Source: Paraphysomonas bandaiensis
Lineage: Eukaryota > Protista > Chrysophyceae
Assembly: GCA_965644295.1 (NCBI GenBank)
Contig: CBFFRP010000238.1
Span: 248,001 to 312,000 of the forward strand
Direction: 5' to 3'
Length of the DNA stretch: 64,000 nucleotides
The translations under genes and the position numbers were made by a program. Every line of letters starts with the position of its first letter. Within the stretch, counting starts at the first letter, position 1. Under the pieces are notes generated by a model. It was not told the origin of the DNA. It did no database searches and was given only the letters and a program-made list of their open reading frames with translations. Shown here piece by piece: positions 12,692 to 24,788 of this stretch.

Positions 12692-13270
12692 TCAGATGAC
12701 GTCCAAATTCGTATTTAGTGAATCTGACTATTCTTTTCGTTAGTCGTAAAGAGCCATCAACATTGCTATAACGAGTAAATACAACTTTAATGAGTAATTT
12801 GTGATAGTATTTCTCACGAGTAACTTCAGTACTGCCCATCAATATTTTTTTTTCTATCTTCGTCGCTATATTTCTGCTCAAGGCCTGGTAACTATTAATG
12901 GCCCATTAATGGTAGTCCATCCCGAAAATTACAAAGGAATCAAGGAAAAATGTCCATATTATAAGAGCTGCGTAACAATAAATTAACATCAATTATTGAT
13001 GAATTCAGTTGCAGATGTCTAACTGCTCTTCTCTCATTGCCACTTTTTTGCAAGGCAAGCGGAACACACTGTAATATTTTAAGTTGCATCAAGTATTGTT
13101 TCAGCTCTCGAAAGTTTTATCTATCAGGGTTCTCGGGAAATTGCATTTAAAAAAACTAAGGATTTACCAGCATCCAGCATGCTGCATTTAGAGGAGATAC
13201 TATATATATTATCTTAGAAACACTTTTAGTATATTATAGCATATATCAAGTACCAGCACAGAAATGGAAT

Positions 13271-15027
13271 ATATTGAATGTCTGATTATTTAGCAATAGG
13301 CGTTGAAAGCCTGCACCAATTAGTGGCTAGAAGAATGCTAGTCATACTAGTTAGACTACTACCCGTAACTAATCAATACAAACTCTTTTATCCTACTATT
13401 TAACGCTACAGAAGCTGCTTGTGCGTCGCCGCAAGCACCAAGGTGCAACCACTTCCGTTCTTAGTGTGTGTTATGAGGCTCGCCATGATCGTGTGTCCTG
13501 GGACTCACCGGCGCGTGTGATCTGGAGGTCTCCTCTTGGGATGAGACTCCACTCGCTATATGATAGATAGCCTTATGTACCTCACGGGGACTGACTTATT
13601 AGCCTTATGGCAGTTAGGGGAAACAGTAATATGCCCTTCTGAGATTGGCGATCTGGTGGCCTTCCTTTAGGCATTGTTCCAAGTGGCTCGGAGGTATGTG
13701 GATGAAGGTCTTGCAAAAGGTTATGGCCTACTGTGAAGAAGCGTCGAAATCGGCTCTTTTGCTGTCTTAGCCAGCGGTAGAGAACACATGCAAGAGGTGT
13801 ATAGCTGTACAGGGGTGGGATATGAGGGTCATCCGGTGTGTCCAGCAACAGGGAGTCGAGAGCGAGTGTGATGGTGCAAAAGAGGCAACATCTGATTGAG
13901 GAGAGGGGGACTGCGCAACAGAACTAGGTCTGCCAAGGTCGGGTACTCTGATAGACCTATGCACGAGATGATGATGGTCTGGAGGAGACACTCGGACGTC
14001 CTCAGCTGCCCTTGTTAGTGTCTGTGTTGGTGCAGGGGGGTACAGGCTGAGGCATAGAGTGTGTGTGGAAGGAAGATGACGGCAAGGTGTCAGAGACGGA
14101 GGGAGGGGAGATGGTTTGTCTGGAGGTTCTCGAGGAGGAGGTAGAGTGTAAGGTGCGTGTGTATGACAGTGCAGCGGTGCTATGAGTGTGTTGGACAGAG
14201 AGAGAGAGAGCCGGTGATGTGTCCAACAGTACAGGTATACAGGTACATGGTGATGTGTCCAACAGTACAGGTAGACAGGTACAAGTACATGGTGATGTGT
14301 CCAACAGTACAGGTATATAGGTACATGGACAGGTACATGGGACGAAGTGTGCTGTGTGGTGTACTGCAGTATATTTGCACCGTATTGGAATGGTATACAT
14401 CCTGTAGGACACAGTAGTACAGTAGTCGGGTATACCGTATGCGGAATACTGTGTCCATCCAATGAGATGTGTGGGCTGTGGGGATGATAGGCAAACAGGG
14501 TGAGGGGGTGCTCTGCTTGGTGCATAGACGCACAGACTAACCATGCTGGGTTGGTTTGTGCGGTCGTCAAGAAATGGTCCTGTCTTACAAGGTAGCGGGG
14601 CCGATGGAGAACATGGGTGTTAGCGAATAAACAAGTGGACCGTTTTCGAGTGCCAACCCGCACGAGCCATGCGATGAGTGGTTGTAACCGTAGAGAACGG
14701 TGTGTGAGACAGATACGTCTACAAGGGAGTTGTCCAATAGGAACAGACAGCGCTGCAGTGGTGCAGGCACTTGGTTTAACTGACGGCGTTAGTGAGGAGA
14801 GTGGTTGCAAAGCCACGTTATCAAACGGGGAGCATGTACAACATGGTAAGACAAGATGTTTGTCGGCAGTGTGGTGTGTTTAAAAATGTTGCCCTGCTTG
14901 GAGAGAAGGGAACAGTCTGAGCCCGGACCCGCTGATGGGACACAACCACGGTCTCAATGGAGACATTGAGCTTGGAGCGATCTAAAAAAGTTGAACTGTG
15001 TTTTTACCAGAAGAGGAAGAGAATAAT
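13271..15027 (-). mobile_element. 1.76-kb non-LTR retroposon insertion sharing the family 3' tail
   Basis: 12-bp TSD CAGAAATGGAAT (13259-13270 / 15028-15039). Its 3' ~190 bp are highly similar to the tails at 18175-18357 and 24795-24980. I recognise no RT motifs in the body. Confidence 0.75.
14213..14340. repeat. Tandem repeat, ~36-44 bp unit GGTGATGTGTCCAACAGTACAGGTA.. x3
   Basis: Three copies read directly in the sequence; they translate as repeated VPVYLYCWTHHH. Confidence 0.85.
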
Positions 15028-15829
15028 CAGAAATGGAATGCCATTGAGAGCAACTACAAAATTAACCGTTTCCAGGCCCTGTTTCAGCGCTTAGCTGAGC
15101 AAATATTTGATATAAAACTTCATTGAGCTCTTAAAATTCAGCTGCCTGAGAGAATGCTCTGTATTCTGTAGAAAGGAATATGGAAGCAGGGCTGCTCTGT
15201 GCGTAGGGAATCTAGGAAAATGGGCTGCCTCCTGCTGAAGTAAAACATCCGTGCTGTTCACTTTTAAGGACTCGACAATCCTGAAGTCAGCAGATGTCAA
15301 TCAGGTATACATCAACATACTGCTTGCTCAGTGCGTTTGTTTTGAGCGATAATAGAGCGAAAGTAGTTGGACCTTGGTGTTTGAGGTGACATTCACACAG
15401 TGGTATGATATTTTAACGTAGTACCACACATCCATTTGAATGAGGATGACAGCATCGATTTATGCAGTTTAGAGTTTACTATTTGGTGAATAGCTTGACA
15501 GAGACTGGACGATTTGTAATATTGAACATGAATAGCGATCAAATTTTGCTAAAATAACAATCAATATATTGTAGCAAGGAAGAATTAATAAATGCAATAT
15601 ATATATAGAATCCAACATATACTTATCAAAAAGATTTTAGTAGAAAGATCGTATTATTAGAGATAAAGATTGATTATAATATATATATAATATGAACTTC
15701 ACATGAAGGGTGAACTCTAATAGAATGATAGCAAGACACGTTTGAACAGAGCGTTAGCACCACACACATGTGCGTATCTTGTACAGTCGCGTAATTATTC
15801 AGACTATTTGATATCAATTCACGCGTTAA

Positions 15830-17130
15830 TTCCCCCCTTCAATGGAATTAATATATGGGGTACTTGAATATAGGTGTATATATTTGGAAATAGTTCTACT
15901 ATGGGAACAAACCACGTGTGCATTCACAAATTGTGGATTGCACTGATGTCAACATACAACATAGTCGTGGGAAACTCTGTAGATCTGTATAAGTCTACAT
16001 CTTTTTTTTTAGTTGAGTTCTGTCAGCAGTGGGATAGATGATACTCTTGTTATTCAACTAGTAGTATGCCAGCATCTCTCAGTTGTATGCATGAAATGGC
16101 AATGTGCTTTGTTCTTTGATGGTGTACGGGGATTATTAGGCATAGTTGAATTGCACCTTTGTTGAATGGCATTTGAAAGCACAATTCCGAGAGTAGTGAC
16201 CGTAGCCAAATTGCTTCTTGACATGCTGTTGATAGTACCATGTACTCCGCTTGTGTAGAGGATAGAGAAACATTGGTCTGGAGTCGTCATTGGCAGGAAT
16301 ATTCTAATAAAGAAGCACAACGCTGTAGTCGACCTGCGAGCCCAATAATCACAGTCAGCGCGTCTCCTTTTTCTAGGTACCCCCATAGTGTGATGTATTT
16401 GAGATTCGGAGGCATACCGTAAGTAACTCAATTGGAGACAACCGAATAGTAATATACCTGAACTGAAGAGCCATTTGAGCTCCACGTGTGTTCATAGCAT
16501 CCCTGACGTAACGCATCTTTGACCAGCTCTCCGGCTCCATCTGCATGATAATAACCCATGTGTAAATTGTAAACACATAACAGAGACATTGATCGTTTGA
16601 TACAATTGTCATAAGATGCCTACGCTGCAATCTGGTTCCAAGAATCAGCATCAGCTTATGGGCTTCCACTAATTAATGTATGCTTATTGAAAGTGTCCCG
16701 CTCTCCGACAATGCAACAATTCCAGCTTATAATCATTCCAGCTGATGATAAATCTGGGAGCTCCAAAAAATGCTGAGTTGGGCAGAGCAGTCATGCCATT
16801 TATCTCGCCTTCAAGCACCAGCCAGTTCCTCACTATGGCTATTGTAGATCTGTATTCCATACAATGAACTTATTTTATACCATTCAATCGTTTCCCCCAC
16901 TCGTGACATGTATTCTGTATTATTATCTTAGTCGAACCCGTTGAAGAATCCAGCATAGTCGTATTATTCATCAGAAACATCGACTATTAGCAACAGGCTC
17001 CTCCATTAACGTGAGTAGCTATTCGCCTTCTTCACTACTACTTCTATTTTATCCTGTTCCTTTTGTATGAGGAATGTCTCGAAGTCCTCGATCCATTGTT
17101 GAACGGTATTCCTGTTAAACTGTGGCTGGC
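15830..17130 (-). pseudogene. Highly degenerate Ty1/copia remnant (gag start, RT/RNase H end, PPT)
   Basis: QAEYMVLSTACQEAIWLRSLLSEL...PVHHQRTKHI (copia RNase H). QQWIEDFETFL at ~17070-17105 matches the gag of the intact element at 34.5 kb. Purine tract GAAGGGGGGA on the - strand at ~15831-15840. Confidence 0.7.
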
Positions 17131-17579
17131 TAGATTATATATAGCTTCTTTTAATATCTAGCTATTAATCTTAGATACAAACCAATTTTATGTTTGCACA
17201 GTTACGTTATCATTTTATTAATTCGGTTAGTATACATTTTAATCTCGGTACTCAAGAGATTTTGTCTGTGATCTTCAAGAAAAAGGTTAGGAGAAGAACG
17301 AGGCCATTCGTTTGGTAACACAACAAAAAGCGCCAAAAAGTTTAGGGTTTGGTTCTACAAGATAGACACACCACGGAGGAGCGGCGTTTATCTATTTACA
17401 CCCGGCACTATAAAAATTCTACGCTTAGAGACACACTTCCGATTAGGTTATTGGGGATTCTGCTTTCATCTCGCATACACGAGCACATTACTATTATTGT
17501 TGGACACATGTAATTGGCTCGTAGGAATAGTAACGATTCTAGACGATATGGATTCATGTCTCTACGCTCAGGTGTCCTA

Positions 17580-18150
17580 ATCAACTTTGCACGACCAAAG
17601 AGTCTCTCAACAACTTTAGATTGTGCTTCAGTACGAAGCGAGCAGCGGTAGTTGGACTCATAGTACCAAGTCGAGCTCTCTTGGTGACCTCGGCGCTGTT
17701 TTGAACACGCTGTGCAAATTCAGTTCCGTCACTCTCGTCCTCGTTATTTCTGTCGGGTACACCAACCTTGATGGACGAATCCAGTCTTCACTGAGTTGGT
17801 GCTAACTTGGTGTTTTTCCGAACATACTTATTCTCCACGATAGAAAATGGTTCGTCGTTAATAACTATCCATTCCAGCCACCAAAAAAAGTTCCTTGAAG
17901 CAGAAGATACTTTCTTTCACATCACAATAATCTCTCGAGTTTCTCTCGCCAAGAAAAATCCGCATGTTTGGTGCTCTTGGTAATATGGTTCACACAACTC
18001 GTGTAACCTCGCCTTGAATCCTGTTAAAGGCGGTTATTGCACAAGATGGTACAAGAAGAAGTATGGTACAGAGGATTCTCTGAATCCACTCGGAACAAGA
18101 CTCTGTAAATTACACTGCCATCAATATTTTTGGCCATCATCGTTGCTTAG
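17580..18150 (-). pseudogene. Internally deleted hAT transposase remnant
   Basis: WLEWIVINDEPFSIVENKYVRK and VVERLFGRAKLI motifs on the - strand. Homologous to 4560-4830. Confidence 0.65.
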
Positions 18151-18174
18151 TATGCTGTGTATATTGTATATATA

Positions 18175-18590
18175 TTGAAGGTCTTTTTATTTAGCAATAG
18201 GCGTTAAAAACTCGTTCCGATATATAGTGGCTAGTTGAATGCTAGATCTACTAGCTAGACCTCTATCTGTAACTAATCAGCACAAATTCTATTATCCTAC
18301 TATTTAGTGCTACAGAAGCTGCTTGTGCGTCGCCGCAAGCACCAAGGTGCAACCACTTAATGTTGATTGTGAGTTTTTTAACGTTATCAGGGGGTCTTCC
18401 CTTGGATCACAGGGCTTTGTGTTGGTACCGGGTTCTGTAGGAAGGTCCTGAGTGTACCGAGTGCTAGGTGTGTGGGCTGAGAGTTGGGTAGGGAGTTAAA
18501 ATATGAATGTGGCACTATCTCAGTGCACTGTTTAGGCCTCAAAAAAGAGAAAAAACAATAATAGTCCATTTTTTGAACTGTCACTTGGAA
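18175..18590 (-). mobile_element. Short 5'-truncated LINE-like insertion: ORF end (...QGKTP**) plus family 3' tail
   Basis: Tail is nearly identical to 13275-13455. An ORF ends in TGATAA about 25 nt upstream of the tail hairpins. Confidence 0.55.
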
Positions 18591-18758
18591 GTAATAGTAA
18601 AACCACCCATTTATATAGATTTAAGAAATGCGATACGCAGCAGGATTACCATAAATGTTCTGTTCAATGCACCATATTAATAAATGAGCAAATTATACTA
18701 CGGCCCTACACTTTACAAAGCCTTTTTCTAGAAAGATGAGTCGGATCCATGCCTGCAC

Positions 18759-19064
18759 ATGTGCAAATTGTGCGGAGCAGGTTCAAAGAAACTGAAGCAA
18801 AATCTTAGCAAAGGCTACACAAGTTGCATTGCCCATGTCAAAGGTAGACATTCAGAAGGCTGGGAACAGGCTTTGGAGAGTGCTTTGGAACAGCAAAAGA
18901 CAAAGGGGGGGACCATATCTAGCTATATGGAGAGGACAGTGACAAGGAAAGCCATCAATATTCACAAATGGTTAGAGTGGGTAATTATGGGTGACCAGCC
19001 TTTTTCCTTTGTGGAGAATTCTTTCACTCGAAAGAACACTAATTTGGAGTCGATTTCACGTTGA
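18759..19064 (+). pseudogene. hAT transposase N-terminal fragment (BED-type zinc finger)
   Basis: CKLC...GYTSCIAHVKGRH and WLEWVIMGDQPFSFVEN. Followed by ATTAATGGCC arrays and a TIR ending at 19554. Confidence 0.7.
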
Positions 19065-19741
19065 TGATATTATAGTTGCTGATGATGTTTAAGAATATTG
19101 TTCGTATTAGCTATCTGACCTGACTGTAACATGGGAACGAACTGCTCATCATTGCTGTTAAATAGCTAGTACTTAGTCTAATTATTAGCACTTTCCATTT
19201 ACTTCTTTCTAAAAAGCAATAAAGCAATAGTAATCAAACCATAAATGGTCCGTTAATGGCCATTAATGGCCATAAAAATAATGGGATTTTTAAAATTAAT
19301 GGCCATAAAAATGGGGGAAGCAATGCGTCGCCATTAATGGCCATTAATGGTTACGCAAGCCTGAAGAAGATAGTGAACAGAGTTGCCACAGAGTGCCAGT
19401 AGAGTTGCATGAATATTGATTAGAGTTTCTTCGGAGTATAGAGGAGATACTGTATTCTATATTATCTTAATGGCACTCAGTTCTATATATAGCAGTACAG
19501 GTCATTAATGACATTACCATTAATGCCATTACCATTAATTGTTACCAGGCCCTGCTTCAAGTGACATACTGAATCATAGATAGCTGGCTATTTCACTATG
19601 GATAGCTGGTGATGTCGCTTGCCTTGTTGAAGTGTTATACTGGTGACTAAGATTAGAACGAATACATTATTCTTACAAAATCCGATTACGTAAAATTGTC
19701 GACAGCGTGTGTGTAATCAGGACATGTATTAGTTGACTGTG

Positions 19742-21009
19742 CTACGTCTGGGCAGTTGGAGGAATATCGGGGTTACATTCACCTGCCACTGCTTCAACGG
19801 TGGTGTCACCTTTTAACTTACTTAGCTTCTCCGTAATACTTCCTCTCTGCAATTGTAGACGTCGACATTCCGCAGCCACCTTTTCCTTTTCCTTCGTCAA
19901 TTTTTCTAAACGCTTCGTTACGTCGATCTTTTTCTCAACTTGGTTGACAAGCGTACAGTCTAGTCTGTTACACTCCTGCCGCAACCTAGCATTTTCACCC
20001 TCCAACTTACATACCGTGTCAGCCATGGACTGCATCTTGTCCTCAAACTGTGAAAACATTCCCTGGCTCTTATTAAGAGCCTCCTGGAAGTTATCGAACT
20101 TGTCCGAGTACAATGCAAGTTGTGCTTTAAGCTCCGCTTTGCTGGACGAAAGATGAGTGATATCCGCCCTGTAGGCTTCTCCTCTAGCCCGTTCTTGCTT
20201 CAATAGCTGGGTCTGCATAACACAGCGTCAACGAATTGACATACACAACGAAACATCAACCACACACAAAGCAAGGGTGACGATTTACCTCTTGGGCCTT
20301 TTTTGCCTGAGCCAACTGAAGCTCTAAATTCTTGGCATGAATTTGAGATTTAAAATGGGAATCCCTAAGCTTTGAATGTTCCTGAAATTGTGTGATCTTC
20401 TCACGCAGTTGGTTGTTGTCTTCCGCCTTCTTCATCTGCTCTTCCTCCTGGTCAGCTACTTTCTGTTTTATATCCACTATAGTGGTGCTAAAATGTGCTA
20501 TCAAGTCATCCATTCGTACTCTATCTATTTCTCTTAAGCGCTCATTCTCTTCGACAATATCCTTGGTTTGTTTCGTAATTAATCTGCACAGCTCCTGTAG
20601 CTTTACTCTTACATCTTCCAATGCTTTCTTTTCTTTTTTCAGCCTTTTCTGTTCTTCTGCGAATAAAATGTTCTTTTGTATTTCATTTCTACAATCTGCC
20701 AGTATGGTTGAATATTCTGTTGATATAGCCTTCGCATCTCTGATTTTATTAACAAATAAATCGCGTACAGATCTAATCCGTTCATCCAGCGGCTTCCTTT
20801 CGTCAATTACCTTCATATATAATCACGCGAATAATGAATATCACTATATCTTTACGTACTTCATAATCAAAGCTCCGACACATATCTGAGTCATCATAAG
20901 AGAGTTGTTTGTCAAGGGCTGACAACTCTTTCATTAAATTCTGTTCACTAACATCACTTTGAAAATTCTCCTCTAATTCTGCTAATTTAAAACGAATAAG
21001 TTCGTCCAT
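19742..21009 (-). CDS. Taxilin family coiled-coil protein (3 exons)
   Basis: KLQELCRLI, N.QLREKI..F.E..KLRD.HF and QLALYSDKFDNFQEALNKSQGMF.QF..KM are taxilin signatures. Confidence 0.85.
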
Positions 21010-21478
21010 TCTTTAAACAATACCGCAATGGCTGCACGGAAGTTCTGAATTGATTATGTTGAACTGCTTTAACATGTCATTCTGGGCAGAGCCAATCTTG
21101 GCAACTCTGATATTCCACCGTTCATTTCACTGTGGTTTGATGTAGAAAAAAAAGTTAGCAGGAGGTGAAGGAATTTCATTCAACAAAAAACGTTTTTTTC
21201 TAGAATTATAAACTTCACTGATAGCACGAGCGGCAGTACTGCAGCGGGTCGGGTGGGTGGTGTGAAACAGGAGATAGATAAGGAATGTGCTGTTCTGACC
21301 CACCAGTTTGTGTCTCCTCAAGATTCTGACGTATCTTCAATGGGCAAGAATTGAGGTGATTGGCGAAGAATAACATTTAAATACATTCACTTTTTGATTT
21401 TCTCCACAACTGTCAACTGTGGGACAAAATTAGAACAATGATGTTGGAAGGGTAAATTTTTTTCAGGGTTATATCGAC

Positions 21479-24174
21479 ATGGAAGTCGATAGAGTAGCAT
21501 CTGAGGGTAAATTATCACCCTCAAGTTCCCCTGCGATTGTGGGTGAAGGTACAGATTTGTCATCTGGTTCGAAAGGGTAGGTATTATGTCCTTAAATAGA
21601 TACGTTTTTAAAAAATATTTTCTGTATATGTTATTATACCCACATTTGTATGCTTCTGGTTGATAATATTATTTTCAGAAGCATCCCTTCGTCCCCTTCT
21701 AATGGAAGAGTTCAAGGAGATGCTAAGGTAGTTGAAACTCTCTTCGTAAATATGTTTTAATCCGATGTTGTGTCGGTTTCATTTAAAACCTTCTCTGTAA
21801 ATCAGTCTCTTCAAGTAGACGTTAGGAACGACACGTCGCCTGCTACAGGCGAAGACCAGAACTCTGCTCTCTGGCCTTCACTGAGAGGACGTTATTTAGT
21901 TGAGAATGGCGTTGTGTTGTGCCGTGGTGTATGGGCAATGAACGATAATGCGCACGGCGTCCCTGGACAAACGAGTGATTTCGAATTTAGATTAGTTAGT
22001 ACAGATGTAGATCGAAGTATCCTTCCTGTGAGTGGAAAGTATGTTGGTTGGTTCATGCTGAAACAGCTGCAGAAGAATTCTGTGAAGGTAGATGATAGGG
22101 AAATGAACATCAATTTTAAGAAGATGGAAAGTGGAAATGAATACAGTATATCTGGGGATGGAGTGAATAAGTTTGGAAAGTTTACTCTTAAAGGAACTCT
22201 ATCGGCTGACAGCATGATTCACATGTTTAAGAAATATATACCAAAGAAAGGTGCCACGCCTAGAGGCGCCCGTCCTGCAAGCACACGAAGTAGTTCAGGC
22301 GGATCTCACCGTCCACGTTCCCGTCCTTCGACCGTTCCTGTTCCCGCCTCTCCTCGGGAATCATCTACGCGTCAGCGGCGACCTTCGGTTGTAGTACAAG
22401 AAGCAGAGGAATCTCGGTCCCCGTCCTCTCCTATGCCAGCTGCTGCAGCAGTACCTGTCACTGCCCCTTCCATGGTGAAGAGACAGTCCTCTGGCCATTT
22501 GTCTCGTCCCACTCGCCCCCCTGCCTTCGTTAGCAAATGTCGAGAAGTCCTGAAGGAGATGTCGAAGCAGCACTTAGGCATCTATTTCTCTGAACCAGTT
22601 GATTTTGTGAAACTTGGTATCCCTGACTATCCCACCATCATTAAAGAGCCCATGGATTTTAGTACAATAGGTCAAAACTTAGAACAAAATGTGTACAGCA
22701 GCCACGAAGAATTCGCTCAGCACATGCGTCTGGTATTCCGGAATGCTATCACTTATAATGTTCGACGCGATAATCCTGTGCATATGGCCGCGCGAGAGAT
22801 GTCGGACATATTTGAGGAGCGGTACCGCATCATGGTATCTCAGCTCGGTGTTCATTCCTTGCCCGTGGATTACGAAGTCGGACTAAGTTCCCTCCGTACA
22901 TCCTCCGGGGCTATAAATAAGAAAGGGAAAGGGAAGAAAGGGCGGGCATCTACTGTGCCTCCGAGAGCTGTTGATTCCGTCCCTGGTGCGGCCGCACTGG
23001 ACAGTAGCATGCAGACCATGAAGATGATGCAACAAAAGATGCTTGAAATGGAGGAAGAGATAAATAACCTGCGGACAGCTGTGCGGCAGTCCGATATTCG
23101 CGCAACGCTTGGTCAACAAATGTAGGTTGTATCGTGAAGTCTGTCACTTTTGACATGTGTATAGGGTGGCAGCGCAGGCTCCTCTTACATACGAGGAAAA
23201 AAAGATTCTGATCGCTAACATCATGAAGCTTGACGGCGACCAGATGACTTCTGTCGTGGACATTATCCAGTCCGCTATGCCCCATACAGCCTGTGGTGAC
23301 GGGGATGAGGTGGAAATACCAGTCGATGAACTTGACACGTATACTCTGCGGCAACTGCAGGACTATGTTCAGGTATGCGCCTATCGCTCTCCTGTTATGT
23401 TCATATTCTGTCTGCTTCTCACATGGACTTCTATATGTAGTCTGTGTTCAGTGCAAAATCGCGGAAACGCGCTCCTGCTACGTCTCCAGCCGTCCGCGGT
23501 GGAGGGGCTCCTAAACGATCTCGCACCAGCAGTAGTTCTTCCCTGCCGCCCCCTGCTTCTGCGGTATCTGATTCCAACACTTCTTCTTTCTTTGCAGATG
23601 TGGCGGTGTCCTCAAGAGCTACAGATATAGAATATAAAGGACCATCACCAACATTGATGGATGGTAGTCGAAAACGCAGTAACTCGCTGGATCTATTTCC
23701 GTCTGATGAAATCGGAGCGGATACAGGGGATGATGAGTCAGGGTACAACCCCTCTGCTTGGGCGAGCGACTCTCTTGTGGAATCTCGTGAGCAGATTCAG
23801 AAACAGAAAGAAAGCCTTACTGAGACATGGGGAGATGCAGTGACTGAGAGAAGTGACCACGTCCAGAGAGATGCTGCTCTGAAGGCGGAGGTACAGCATA
23901 TATGTATTTTTACTGGACTTGTGTAATACTTAGTCTTTTACGACAGGCTGCCAAGCTGAGTGAGCAGCGCGCTAAGGCCGAGAGTGAAAGACAGGTGGCC
24001 ATGGAGCTAGCATTGCAGCGGAGAGCCACAACGTCTGAGAACGTAGGTGATAGGAGCAGACAACTTGAGCAACTGAGAGAAGCAGAAAGAGCTAGTAGAG
24101 AGAGAATGGAACCGACGGTGGAGTTGAACGACGCGCACTCTGCTTTATTCGACCACGAATCGTTTGGTTTATAA
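21479..24174 (+). CDS. BET/GTE-family bromodomain + ET-domain protein (multi-exon)
   Basis: Bromodomain FSEPVD..KLGIPDYPTIIKEPMD...LVFRNAITYN. ET domain PLTYEEKKIL...EVEIPVDELDTYTLRQLQDYV. C-terminal GTE-like motif (REAERASRERMEPTVEL). Confidence 0.88.
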
Positions 24175-24788
24175 TCCCTATCTTATGAAATTATGTTCAG
24201 CACCATCTAAAATAGACAATATGTTGGATGCTCTTTATGTTTTCTTGGGACACATATTATATTGTGGAAATATTGCTGTTAGTCATGTTATGCGATTCAT
24301 AGTTTGTGAATTTGTGAACCTTTAGTTATTGTTATTAATAATGCACGTATTATTTTATGACTAAAGGAATATGATGCTAAAATAACACGTAACAGGGCAA
24401 GAAACAAGCTTGCGTGAATATTAATAGGTGAGAGGTATTCTACATTCTACAGTAATATTAAGCATGCATCTAATTATGGGCATTGTAAATTTCCTTCAAT
24501 TCTATTGCTGACTTTCAGAATAGCTTTCTTGACTACATCCCACAGATTTTGATTTTCTCGCAGACACATCAAAATTTCGTGGGCGGTGACAAACACTTGC
24601 AAAAACTAGTCATAACAATTAGTCAAAAATCTGTTCTAAGCAATATATAACTAACGTCATTAAAGTTTTTCTATATGTGAAATATTAATTAACATATAGT
24701 TAATTTGGTTGACTAACCAAAGTTGATGGAATAACCAATGACCTATCGTCAAAGTTATAAATGACTCAACTTGGTCAATTTAGGTATT

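Larger units (their letters stand above)
12879..15081. mobile_element. hAT-type non-autonomous element (CAGGGCCTGG TIR family) with nested retroposon
   Basis: Termini CAAGGCCTGGTAAC / GTTTCCAGGCCCTG. Degraded 8-bp TSD TTTCTGCT / TTTCAGCG. ATTAATGG subterminal motifs as at 3509, 9840 and 19240-19554. Confidence 0.6.

Noticed and set aside
14213-14340. Repeat-spacer-like pattern resembling a CRISPR array
   Set aside because: The intervening sequences are near-identical ACAGGT sub-repeats, the context is eukaryotic and there are no cas genes; it is a simple tandem repeat.
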